A stretch of 64,000 bases of DNA. Origin: an uncultured Verrucomicrobiae bacterium. GTDB taxonomy: Bacteria; Verrucomicrobiota; Verrucomicrobiia; Chthoniobacterales; UBA10450. The stretch spans positions 640,001-704,000 of the forward strand of contig CAVWPA010000001.1 of the NCBI GenBank assembly GCA_963756875.1, read 5' to 3'. Within the stretch, counting starts at the first letter, position 1; each line of letters begins with the position of its first letter. The position numbers and the translations under genes are program-made. The notes under the pieces are model-generated. The model made no database searches. It was given only the letters and a program-made list of their open reading frames with translations, and was not told the DNA's origin. Shown here in pieces: positions 17,445 to 26,678 of this stretch.

Positions 17445-18707
17445 ATGTCTCGCAAATCCTTCATCGAAGTTTCGCCCGAGTCCCACTTTCCGCTCGAAAA
17501 TCTTCCATTCGGGATCTTTCGGCCGCGCACGGGCGCGCCCCGTGCCGGAGTCGCCATCGGCGAGTACGTTGTCGATCTCTCGCTCCTCGAGGGAAAAGGG
17601 CACTTTCGTTCACCCGAATTTCAAGATCGAAATGTCTTCGCGCAGGATTCGTTGAATGCGTTCCTGTCTCTCGGTCGCCCGGCCTGGCGCAAAGCACGAG
17701 AGATTCTTCAACATTTGCTCGACGCCGGCACGCCCACATTGCGTGATGACGCGCAGCTTCGGCAACAGATCTTGCTTCGACAACGCGATGTCACCATGCA
17801 GCTGCCGGTGCGCGTCGGTAATTACACCGACTTTTATTCGTCTTATCATCATGCGTTCAATGTCGGCACGATGTTTCGCGGGCCGGAAAACGCGCTCATG
17901 CCGAATTGGAAATGGCTGCCGGTCGCATATCACGGACGCGCCAGTTCCGTTGTGGTAAGCGGCGCGGCTGTTCGCCGGCCAAGTGGGCAAAGCAAGCCGC
18001 CCGACGCGGGCCAGCCGGTCTTTGGCCCAAGCAAAAGCCTCGATTACGAACTCGAGATGGCGTTCCTGGTGGGGCCTGGAAATTCGTTAGGCGAACCCGT
18101 CCCAATCGAGCGCGCGGCCGACCATATTTTCGGACTGGTTTTGATGAACGACTGGAGCGCGCGCGATATTCAGGCGTGGGAATACCAGCCGCTTGGCCCT
18201 TTTCTGGCCAAGAATTTTTGCACGAGCGTTTCGCCGTGGGTGGTCACGCTGGAAGCGCTCGAGCCGTTCCGCAAACCGCTCCCTCCGCAGGACCCTGCGC
18301 CGCCTGGCTACTTGCGCGCAGCGAAAGATTTTACGTTCGACATTCATCTCGAGGCGCTGCTGCAAACGGCAAAAATGCATGCCCCCCACGTCATTACTCG
18401 CACGAATTTCCAAAATCTTTACTGGAGCATTTCGCAGCAACTCGCCCATCATACGGTGGGCGGCTGCAATCTTGAACCGGGCGACCTGCTTGCCAGCGGA
18501 ACAATCAGCGGTCCCACCGAGGACTCTCGCGGATGCATGCTGGAGCTGACCTGGCGCGGCGCAAACCCGTTAAAGTTGCCCGATGGAGAAGTGCGCAAAT
18601 GGCTCGAGGACGGCGACACTCTGACAATTGCGGGGTGGTGTCAGGGCGATGGCTATCGTGTCGGATTCGGCGAAGTGAGCGGCCGAATTATCGGTAGCGA
18701 CACGTGA
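17445..18707 (+). CDS. fahA: Fumarylacetoacetase
   Basis: FPLENLPFG, YTDFYSS, PVAYHGRASS, LDYELEM, NDWSARDIQAWEY, GTISGP, GFGEV. Confidence 0.95.
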   Translation: MSRKSFIEVSPESHFPLENLPFGIFRPRTGAPRAGVAIGEYVVDLSLLEGKGHFRSPEFQDRNVFAQDSLNAFLSLGRPAWRKAREILQHLLDAGTPTLRDDAQLRQQILLRQRDVTMQLPVRVGNYTDFYSSYHHAFNVGTMFRGPENALMPNWKWLPVAYHGRASSVVVSGAAVRRPSGQSKPPDAGQPVFGPSKSLDYELEMAFLVGPGNSLGEPVPIERAADHIFGLVLMNDWSARDIQAWEYQPLGPFLAKNFCTSVSPWVVTLEALEPFRKPLPPQDPAPPGYLRAAKDFTFDIHLEALLQTAKMHAPHVITRTNFQNLYWSISQQLAHHTVGGCNLEPGDLLASGTISGPTEDSRGCMLELTWRGANPLKLPDGEVRKWLEDGDTLTIAGWCQGDGYRVGFGEVSGRIIGSDT

Positions 18708-18732
18708 GATCCTCATTGAACGAAACGCGGCT

Positions 18733-21351
18733 TCAGCGGTTTCGTCCTGTTTTCGTAAAGAATGCCGTGGCGATCGCGCTGGGGTTGTATCCGGACCTGT
18801 AAGCCTCCGCTTTAATCATCTTAGAGGCGCGTATGGTGAATGGGCTGGTGTAGCGCGTTGATGCGGTCGTCGGATTGGCCCCGTTTGTTGTGTAATAGAT
18901 CGTTGCGCCTGACGTCGAGCACGACAGCGATATCTTCAGTTTTCCCTTAAACGTTCCCCCGTTGGGAGAAATGTTCGGCGTGGATACGGTAGGGATCGGG
19001 GTAGGAGTCGGTGTCGGAGTCGGAGTCGGCGTTGGCGTTGGCGTTGGCGTTGGCGTTGGTGTCGGAGTAGGAGTCGGCGTAGGCGTCGGTGTAGGCGTCG
19101 GCGTAGGCGTGGGTGTCGGTGTAGGCGTCGGTGTCGGAGTGGGTGTAGGAGTAGGAGTAGGAGTAGGCGTTGGAGTTGGCGTTGGAGTTGGAGTTGGGGT
19201 TCCAGAAGTAACACTGAGAATCGCGGGACCAGTTCGGGCTTGTCCATCGGGATTTGTTACCGTCACATTGGCTTGTCCAGAGGAAGCTCCGTTGGTGTTC
19301 AAGTCCAGAACGATATGAGTCGGGTCCGTGTAGGTGACGGAATTGACGACGATGCCGTTCGTTAATGTGGCGCCTATGCGATTCGGGAACCCTGAACCTG
19401 GGTCGAAGAAACCCGAGCCCGAAATTGAAGTTCCGGTAATCGTAACATTTACCGATGATTCTCCCGTCGCCACGCTCGAACTGGCCGAGGAAGGGGTCGC
19501 CGGTGGCGGAGCGATGAGCTGGGTGAATTGCACGCCGTAGGTATTCGTTCCGTTGCAAAACTCCTGGACCGTCCACATCGTCATGTCGTCGGTGGGGTCG
19601 ACGCTGGTAAAGGAGTAGTCGCCCCAGCGCCGGCCGTAGCTACCTCCGGTGTCCCCTGAGGGGTTGTAAGCTGTGTTGCTCGACGTTAAAAATGTCGGAA
19701 CGCTCAGCGCACCGGCCGGATCTGATGCCAGACGGCCGCTAAACGCGGCGTCTACATGATATGGCGTTCCGGCGGTGCTGAAGCCGACAACGGCATGCCC
19801 CTGACCCGAAACCACGACCGACGGAATCCAATATTGGCGCGCCGATGCGACACTTGCCGCAGAATCGAAAATCGTGCCCGATTCAACAACGACTGGATTG
19901 CCTCCGTTGTCCGAACTGCGAATCCCGTTTAGCTCGTACCAGCGAACAGCGTCCCGCCGCTGAGAGTCGCTGCTGGATGCGACACCGGCAGAATCGACGG
20001 CGATATTATGAGCCGTCCAGAGCTTGCCGTTGCGGATATGCGCGGCAAAGAGCCGGTCGTCGAGCGAATCGAGTTGTCCGTTGGTGCCCCGGGTGTTGCC
20101 GAGATGATCGACAGTAATTGGAAAAGCGGTTGCGACGACGGTAATCGGGATGTTGCCTGAGATGGTTGGTGCGCCGCCTGGGTTAAACACACGCCGCAGG
20201 ACCAGGCGGCCGCGGAAACTGTCGCTCGGGCCGATAAAATATCCTTCAGTCGCGGTTGGATCGTAATTGTCCACTCCCCGCGGGCTGTCCGGTCCATCAC
20301 CTTCGGTGATCAGCCTGCGAAACGCCGTCGCGACCACCGGGCCGCCGTTCAGGATAGAGCTTTTTCGAATGACGAAAACAGACGTATTTGAAAACGCTCC
20401 GGACGAGGCAATAAACATGTTGCCGCCGACATAAAGCGCGTTGTTATCGACCCCGAGCGAGTCGTAATCGAGAAACTCGCCGGTGTTTGCGCCGCCAACC
20501 GTGTTTTGCTGGACGTAATAAAAGGACCACACCGTATGGCTGGTGATGACGCCCACGCTGGCGGCATCCGATACCGCGATGAGAATACGGTTCGGATGGT
20601 CCCCAATGCTCGAACTCGAGCTGCTGGGAACGTCGATGATCGTCAGTATCCAGCGGTTCGACAGACGATCGTAACGAATCTGCGGATCGCTTGCAAAATT
20701 AACGCCCCGCCTGCTGACCGGCGTCATTACGGAAGAGAAAAAGAAATCTGGATTTGCCGAGAGCACCCCGTCGGGAAAACCGCTTGCCTTGCTAAAACTT
20801 ACCAGGTCTCCGTTAACAAAGACGACAAACTGCGTGGGGCCGACCGCACCCATCGAATCCGGTGGAAACGCCCCCGTTTGATTTGGCCCGGTGATGCCAT
20901 CGTGGTTTATTCCGATGGTTTGTGGAGCGCTGCCGTTAATCGACGTGTCGGCGTTCACGCTCATGGTGGTCGACGACGCGGAAGAGGAAGCCTTGATTGG
21001 CGACTTGGGCCAGCGGGAGAGTGGCAATGCATCCGGATCTTGGGGGCGGTTTTCCCGGCCTGGAATCTCCAATTCTCGTTTCAAGTAAACGTAGTCCCTG
21101 TGGTGACCTACTGCCGCCGCCTGGGTCATGATTTCGGCGGTCGATCTTTGGGTCGCGTGTTCTCCGACAGACATCTGGCCCTGGATCCGCGCCGAGGCGC
21201 CGGTCGTCACCGAGCTTACCGTTTGACCGGAAACGGAAGCGGCCGCTGCTACGATGAATCCGGCAAGCACCGAGACGACCGATCTGGGACTCACCCGGAC
21301 CTCTCTTTTAGTGAACGCCAGGCGTTTTTGAGTTCTCATTTTCCTGGGCAT
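18733..21351 (-). CDS. Secreted protein: large N-terminal domain, Ig-like segment, long Thr-Pro linker, C-terminal chitobiase/FN3-associated domain
   Basis: Signal peptide; [10 protein letters not shown]...RWGDYS core; about 34 TP repeats (18998-19203); PNISPNGG...[11 protein letters not shown]...YTSPF. Confidence 0.8.
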   Translation of the reverse strand: MPRKMRTQKRLAFTKREVRVSPRSVVSVLAGFIVAAAASVSGQTVSSVTTGASARIQGQMSVGEHATQRSTAEIMTQAAAVGHHRDYVYLKRELEIPGRENRPQDPDALPLSRWPKSPIKASSSASSTTMSVNADTSINGSAPQTIGINHDGITGPNQTGAFPPDSMGAVGPTQFVVFVNGDLVSFSKASGFPDGVLSANPDFFFSSVMTPVSRRGVNFASDPQIRYDRLSNRWILTIIDVPSSSSSSIGDHPNRILIAVSDAASVGVITSHTVWSFYYVQQNTVGGANTGEFLDYDSLGVDNNALYVGGNMFIASSGAFSNTSVFVIRKSSILNGGPVVATAFRRLITEGDGPDSPRGVDNYDPTATEGYFIGPSDSFRGRLVLRRVFNPGGAPTISGNIPITVVATAFPITVDHLGNTRGTNGQLDSLDDRLFAAHIRNGKLWTAHNIAVDSAGVASSSDSQRRDAVRWYELNGIRSSDNGGNPVVVESGTIFDSAASVASARQYWIPSVVVSGQGHAVVGFSTAGTPYHVDAAFSGRLASDPAGALSVPTFLTSSNTAYNPSGDTGGSYGRRWGDYSFTSVDPTDDMTMWTVQEFCNGTNTYGVQFTQLIAPPPATPSSASSSVATGESSVNVTITGTSISGSGFFDPGSGFPNRIGATLTNGIVVNSVTYTDPTHIVLDLNTNGASSGQANVTVTNPDGQARTGPAILSVTSGTPTPTPTPTPTPTPTPTPTPTPTPTPTPTPTPTPTPTPTPTPTPTPTPTPTPTPTPTPTPTPTPTPTPIPTVSTPNISPNGGTFKGKLKISLSCSTSGATIYYTTNGANPTTASTRYTSPFTIRASKMIKAEAYRSGYNPSAIATAFFTKTGRNR

Positions 21352-21639
21352 GCGCTCTTTGGGTTTACTTCGAGGCCAGGTAACCTGTTAAATATGCAGC
21401 AGATTTCAAGCGAGACGCGTGTTTGCGGGCAAATACAGCGGAGAATATTGCCATGGGGGCCGGGTTCAGCTTGATAGTCGAAAATTGATTGTCAATTTCG
21501 AAAATCCATCGCGATATTCGCACCGAATCATTGGCAATCAAACCTCATTTTATTTCGGGGGAGACCCTTGCAGGACTGGCGAACAGTTGAGTATTCGGAA
21601 TTGGTCATTTAAGACCTGCCATGCTATTCCAAAAGTGCG

Positions 21640-21713
<74 letters not shown>

Positions 21714-21717
21714 GCCT

Positions 21718-22125
21718 TCGCTTTGAAGCGCAGCAAAAGCGAAGGCTGCCACGCCGTAACAAAGTAAAGGCGGGCGTGTTTTAAACTTCAACTTCGGCGC
21801 TTCAAAGGCTACGGCTTGGCAGGCCAGCCAATGACGAAGAAGTTCTTCTATGTCTACCTTCTGGTTAGTGAAATAGACTCCAAAGTCCACTACACCGGTA
21901 TTACAGAGGATCTCAAGGAGCGCTTGGCCATGCACAATCGAGGCAAATGCGCTAACACCGCGGCGCGTCGACCGTGGCGATTGGAAACTGCAATTGCATT
22001 TATTTCGGAGGCTAAGGCGCGTGCGTTTGAACAATATTTGAAAAGTGGATCGGGACGGGAGTTTGCCCGGCGTCACTTTTGGTCGCTTTGAAGCGCAGCA
22101 AAATGCCAAGGCTGCCACGCCGTAA
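21718..22125 (+). repeat. ~42-bp direct repeats (21718-21759, 22083-22125) bracketing the GIY-YIG gene
   Basis: TCGCTTTGAAGCGCAGCAAAA(T)GC(G/C)AAGGCTGCCACGCCGTAA twice. Confidence 0.85.
21831..22091 (+). CDS. Small GIY-YIG nuclease family protein
   Basis: YVYLL...HYTGIT.DLKERL..HN.G...T..RRPW...A..FEQYLKSGSGR. Confidence 0.88.
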   Translation: MTKKFFYVYLLVSEIDSKVHYTGITEDLKERLAMHNRGKCANTAARRPWRLETAIAFISEAKARAFEQYLKSGSGREFARRHFWSL

Positions 22126-22185
22126 TGGCGTGGAGGCACCAAGTTTTGGATTGCGAATTGCTGACCGTGGATTTGGGATAGCGCG

Positions 22186-23811
22186 ATGTTTCGACGCATT
22201 GGCGCATGGACGTTGCGGATTTTTGAAATCCTACTCCTTAGCGCGCTCATCCTCGGGACGCGCTGCGCGAATTATCCCGACGTGGTGACGGCTGGAAATG
22301 TCTACTTCACCGATGCCGACTGCTATGCCCGGATGACCAGGGTCCGGATGTGCGCAGAACACGCGGGATTGATCGTGCGCCATCATACTTTCGAAAATTT
22401 TCCGCAGGGCACGACTCCGCACACGACTGCGCCACTCGACTATCTGATTCTCGGATTGTCGATTCTTCTGAGACCGCTTACGGCTCACGCGCTCGATCTG
22501 GCGGGCGCATTGATTTCACCACTGCTCGCGCTCCTGGGAGGCTGGTTCCTTTGGTGGTGGTCGCTGCGAATGAAGTTTCGTTATCGATGGGCGATGCTCC
22601 TCATTTATGCGATCAGCCCAATTCTCGTTCACGGCGCCGAATTGGGCCGACCGGATCATCAATCCTTGTTGATGTTGCTGGTCACTATTGCGATTTGCGC
22701 GGAGTGGAGCCTGCGAACGGAACCGACCAGGTCCTGGAGTGCCGCAAGCGGAATCGCGTGGGGTCTCGCGATCTGGGTTTCTGCTTACGAACCACTCGTG
22801 CTACTCCTGGTCCTGCTCGCTTGCCTTGCGGTCGCCGGGCGAAGGCGGCCCGGCCCGGAAAGCCCGGCGCAAAGTGTCCCAGCCACAGCCATTTTTGGGA
22901 AGCAGCGGCGACCTGGCTGGATTCTATTTGCAGCGGCGATCGCGCTTGCGTTTTTGATCGAGCGACGCGTTCCATCGCTCCCCTTGTTTCATTCCTCCTG
23001 GGCTTTTCGAAACTGGCTGGGCACGATCGGCGAATTGACCTCTGTGTCTCCGCTGGATCCGGTCTGGTTTCGTTGGGCCGGGTACCTGATCGTCCTCGCA
23101 CCAATTTTGGCCGTCCTGGGATGGCGCGAGAAGAAGAAAACCGGCCTGGACGAGCCTGACAGAATCGCGCCGCTGTTCCTCCTGGTCCTGCTTGCTGCGA
23201 CTTATCTATTGACGATCTGGCAGGCGCGGTGGGCTTATTTTTTCCTGTCCATTTTTGCAATTGCGCTTCCCGGTTTGTTGCAGCCGCTCAAAGCAAGGAC
23301 CGCGGTGTGGGTCGCCTTGGCAATTTCGGTTTTACCAGTCTTGCGCGCCTGGGATGGCCGCCTTTGGCCTAACGAATACATGCTGGCTCTCCGCATTGAA
23401 CGTCGAAACGAATCGGTGCAATTACGCGAGCTGGCTACGATGATGCGGTCGGACCAGGTGCACCCTTTCCTTGCACCATGGTGGCTTTCGCCCTCTGTCG
23501 CATACTGGTCCGGGCAACCGGGAGTTGCCGGAAGTTCGCACCAAAGCATGCCAGGCATTGTCGATAGCGCGCGCTTCTTTCTTGCTCAGGATTGGCACAA
23601 GGCCCGGGAGATTCTGGCAAGGCGCCAGGCGGGGTGGGTGATTAGTTATGACAGCGACCGGGTGGCCCGAAATTCTGCCGCGATTCTGGGGGAGCCGATC
23701 CCCGAACATCCAATGTGCTGGTTCCTCGACCGCAGGCCGTCGCAGGCACCCCGTTATCTGGTTCTTTCGGCCCAAAATGACACAGGCAAACTCTTCCGGG
23801 TCCGGGAATAG
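22186..23811 (+). CDS. GT-C fold membrane glycosyltransferase, STT3/PglB-like
   Basis: YFTDADCYARM (DxY motif), NFPQG, RPDHQ, many TM helices, C-terminal soluble domain with PWWLS..AYWS. Confidence 0.55.
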   Translation: MFRRIGAWTLRIFEILLLSALILGTRCANYPDVVTAGNVYFTDADCYARMTRVRMCAEHAGLIVRHHTFENFPQGTTPHTTAPLDYLILGLSILLRPLTAHALDLAGALISPLLALLGGWFLWWWSLRMKFRYRWAMLLIYAISPILVHGAELGRPDHQSLLMLLVTIAICAEWSLRTEPTRSWSAASGIAWGLAIWVSAYEPLVLLLVLLACLAVAGRRRPGPESPAQSVPATAIFGKQRRPGWILFAAAIALAFLIERRVPSLPLFHSSWAFRNWLGTIGELTSVSPLDPVWFRWAGYLIVLAPILAVLGWREKKKTGLDEPDRIAPLFLLVLLAATYLLTIWQARWAYFFLSIFAIALPGLLQPLKARTAVWVALAISVLPVLRAWDGRLWPNEYMLALRIERRNESVQLRELATMMRSDQVHPFLAPWWLSPSVAYWSGQPGVAGSSHQSMPGIVDSARFFLAQDWHKAREILARRQAGWVISYDSDRVARNSAAILGEPIPEHPMCWFLDRRPSQAPRYLVLSAQNDTGKLFRVRE

Positions 23812-23846
23812 TCGCTAAAAAAGCGGCAGTTTTCCACGGGAATCCG

Positions 23847-23875
23847 TTGACATAACCGCCGACTGTTACAATAAT
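23847..23875 (+). promoter_or_regulatory. Sigma-70-type promoter for the bactofilin operon
   Basis: TTGACA-N17-AATAAT. Confidence 0.55.
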
Positions 23876-23910
23876 AGCACGTGTTGAAAAAATTCATACC
23901 TCAGAAACCC

Positions 23911-24426
23911 ATGTCATCGATCGGAGAAGGATCGTTGACTTCGGCGACTGAGGAGACGAACCGCGCCACTTACGGCGAATCAACAAGAACAACAACTACC
24001 GATTACCACAAGTTTATGGCTGAACATTCTGGCAAAGACGTGCTCTCGAGCGACGTCGAAATTAAAGGATCGATCAAGTTCCAAAAGGAGCTGTTGATCG
24101 ACGGAAAGGTCGAGGGAGAAATTAACTCCGAGGGAGTGTTGACGATTGGCGAAAACGCCGACATTCGGGGCGAAATCAAAACCAAATCGATCACGGTGTT
24201 CGGCAAAGTTCAGGGCAACATTACGGTCAGCGAGCGTTGCGAGCTGAAGTCCAAGTGCACGCTGCAAGGCGATCTGAAAGCATCGCGCCTCATTATTGAA
24301 GAGGGTGCCACCTTTATCGGAAAATCGGAAGTCTCCAGCGGGACCGCCGCGACGAAGCCTGCTTCTCGACCGGAAATTGTCCGCCACGAAGAGGCGGCCA
24401 AGCCCGCCTTTGCGGCTCGCGCCTAG
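23911..24426 (+). CDS. Bactofilin (polymer-forming cytoskeletal protein); start uncertain (23881/23911/24016)
   Basis: VEIKGSIKFQKELLIDGKVEGEI...LTIGENADIRGEI...GDLKASRLIIEEGATFIG. Confidence 0.88.
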   Translation: MSSIGEGSLTSATEETNRATYGESTRTTTTDYHKFMAEHSGKDVLSSDVEIKGSIKFQKELLIDGKVEGEINSEGVLTIGENADIRGEIKTKSITVFGKVQGNITVSERCELKSKCTLQGDLKASRLIIEEGATFIGKSEVSSGTAATKPASRPEIVRHEEAAKPAFAARA

Positions 24427-24456
24427 TCTTCCAGAGCCTCTGCCCCCGCCGACCGA

Positions 24457-25302
24457 GTGACCAAGTCATCGCCTGCTAAGGCCAGTGTGGAGTGTCCGCA
24501 TTGTGGCTTTAAGCAGATGGAGTACGCGGCGGCGAAGAGCACGATCTGCCGCCAGTGCGGTCGTAACTTCTGCCCTTCGGCGCCAAAGCCGGGGCTTAAG
24601 CTTCGCAGCAAGCAGGAGGCGCCCGCGTCAGATCCGTCGTCGCCGCTCAGGAAATTTGAAGGCATCTGGAACCGCCAACGCAGCCGCGTTGTCGCCTGTT
24701 TTGAATGTAAGCGGAAACACGAGGTAAGCGACGCCGCAAACTCGACAAATTGTCCGGGATGCAGCGCGCATATCGATCTGCGCGATTACAAAATCGCGAC
24801 CAGCTTTAGCCGCTCGATTCGGACGCGAGGCGACCTTCATCTTACCAACAAGGGCGATCTTAGCAGCACGAGCGTCATTTGCCGGACCGCGCTGGTCGAA
24901 GGAAAATTGCGCGGCAACCTTCAGTGTGAGGACTTGGTCACTATCAATTTCTCAGGAAAGATTCCCGGTCGCGTGACCGCGGAGCACGTCATTGTCGAGC
25001 GAAAATCCGATGTGCAATGCTTTCGACGTATGACAGTCGGCAGCATCGACATCAAAGGTCGCATGGCAGGCGAGATCGCAGCGAGCGGCGCGGTGACCAT
25101 TCACAAAACCGGAATGTTGGAAGGCGACGTTGTGGCGAAATCGATTGTCATAGAAAAGGGCGGAATTTTCTCGGGTCAGCTCGCCATCGGTCGTGCTGAT
25201 CTTACCCAGGGCGAACTTTTGCCGGCGCAATCACCGGCGGCTGCCCAGGAAAATAAATCTGCAATCCCGCTCAATTCGGCGCAACCCTTGCCGGCCACGT
25301 AG
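24457..25302 (+). CDS. Bactofilin-domain protein with two N-terminal zinc ribbons
   Basis: CPHC/CRQC and CFEC/CPGC pairs; C-terminal IDIKGRMAGEI...LEGDVVAKSIVIEKGGIFSG. Confidence 0.8.
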   Translation: MTKSSPAKASVECPHCGFKQMEYAAAKSTICRQCGRNFCPSAPKPGLKLRSKQEAPASDPSSPLRKFEGIWNRQRSRVVACFECKRKHEVSDAANSTNCPGCSAHIDLRDYKIATSFSRSIRTRGDLHLTNKGDLSSTSVICRTALVEGKLRGNLQCEDLVTINFSGKIPGRVTAEHVIVERKSDVQCFRRMTVGSIDIKGRMAGEIAASGAVTIHKTGMLEGDVVAKSIVIEKGGIFSGQLAIGRADLTQGELLPAQSPAAAQENKSAIPLNSAQPLPAT

Positions 25303-25311
25303 CCCGGCTTA

Positions 25312-25731
25312 ATGCGAAAACTCCTTCCGCGCAGTCCGTACGAAAAGCTCGGCGGGTACGTGCACCTGCCGCGGCTGATCGATAAGGCCAAGCTTCACCG
25401 AAACGGGTTGCTCGACGGATACAACTACAAGACGGTCGGCTTCGACAAGCATCTCCTCGCGTTCCTAAAGATTAATGGCGATGCGTTTGAGGAAGCGGTC
25501 CATCGGCTGGAAACTGACGATGCCATCTGGAAGTGGGTCCAGGAAAATGGCGTCCGACATTCCGCCGAGGCGGTCGCGCATTGGAACGAAGCCATGATTT
25601 TGCGGCGCCCGGATACGGCGGAAAAAAAAGCGCGCTTCACGCACTTTCTCAAAGAGTCGGGTGGCGCGGGGCGAAAAGATATCAAGACCTATTTCGATTT
25701 GATCGAATTCGACGAAGGCCGATTAAAATGA
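25312..25731 (+). CDS. DUF5069-like protein
   Basis: PRSPYEKLGGYVHLPRLIDKAKL...FDLIEFDEGR. Confidence 0.75.
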   Translation: MRKLLPRSPYEKLGGYVHLPRLIDKAKLHRNGLLDGYNYKTVGFDKHLLAFLKINGDAFEEAVHRLETDDAIWKWVQENGVRHSAEAVAHWNEAMILRRPDTAEKKARFTHFLKESGGAGRKDIKTYFDLIEFDEGRLK

Positions 25732-25841
25732 CGAAGCGCGAATGAACGAATGACGAAGGAAATTCGAATGATTAAACTACGGGAAGAGAGAACCCATTCG
25801 TCATTAGGATTTCGGCATTTTCCCCAGCGCAGGATCGGCAA

Positions 25842-26624
25842 TTACGTCTTACTCGCGCCGAAAATCTTGTTCGCCTTTTCGAGTGTTTCCTTGCTCCCGA
25901 TGTCGAGCCATTCGCCCTTGATCTGAAACGTGCTGACAGGCACGCGGCGATAAAGCCACTGCAGAAAGCGTCCAGGCTGGTCTGGATTGTTGCCGGCAGA
26001 CAGGTACGTCGTAAAGAGCGGCAGCATGTCGCGCGAGTAGTAGTAAAGAGCAAGCGCGGCAAGGGTGCTTTGCGGCTTCTCCGGCTTTTCTTCGAACTGC
26101 GTGATTATTCCCTCGCGGTCGATCACCACACATCCGTATTTTTTCATCGTCTCGAGGTTGCCAACATCATGAATCGCCACGGTGGCTTGTGCATTCCTGG
26201 CATGCTCGACAAAGTGAGCCAGTGGTTCGTTAAAAAGGTTGTCACCCGCCACGATCAGCAGATCGCTCTTCTCCAGATGTTCGCGATTTAGAACCAGTTG
26301 AATATCGCCAATCGCACCCAGTTTATCCTCGTCGCTCGTTGAGCCGTCGTTAATGATTTTGACAGGCTGGCTGGAACCAGTGTGCGCCCCGCGATGATTT
26401 TGAAGGTGCCGCTTCTGATAATCGTCGGCCCAAACTTGAAAATCGCCCGCGAATTTGCTGTTGGTCACCACATAAATGGTTTCGAGGTCGGAAATCGATT
26501 CGAGACTGTCAACCAGCCATTCGATGATGGGCTTGCCAGCGACTTCCAACAGTGGCTTCGCCTTGTTAAGCGTAAGCGGGTACAGGCGTGTCGCGTAACC
26601 GGCGGCCAGAATCAGCGCGTTCAT
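25842..26624 (-). CDS. Sugar-phosphate nucleotidyltransferase family protein
   Basis: LILAAGYATRLYPLT..KAKPLL, AGDNL, EEKP, WLDIG. Confidence 0.9.
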   Translation of the reverse strand: MNALILAAGYATRLYPLTLNKAKPLLEVAGKPIIEWLVDSLESISDLETIYVVTNSKFAGDFQVWADDYQKRHLQNHRGAHTGSSQPVKIINDGSTSDEDKLGAIGDIQLVLNREHLEKSDLLIVAGDNLFNEPLAHFVEHARNAQATVAIHDVGNLETMKKYGCVVIDREGIITQFEEKPEKPQSTLAALALYYYSRDMLPLFTTYLSAGNNPDQPGRFLQWLYRRVPVSTFQIKGEWLDIGSKETLEKANKIFGASKT

Positions 26625-26678
26625 AAAACCGGCACGATAGGCGTATGGAGCGGACGCGCCAGTTGAAGTTGCCGGGTT

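Noticed and set aside
18962..19318. Poly(GV) ORF
   Set aside because: Antisense reading of the Thr-Pro linker.
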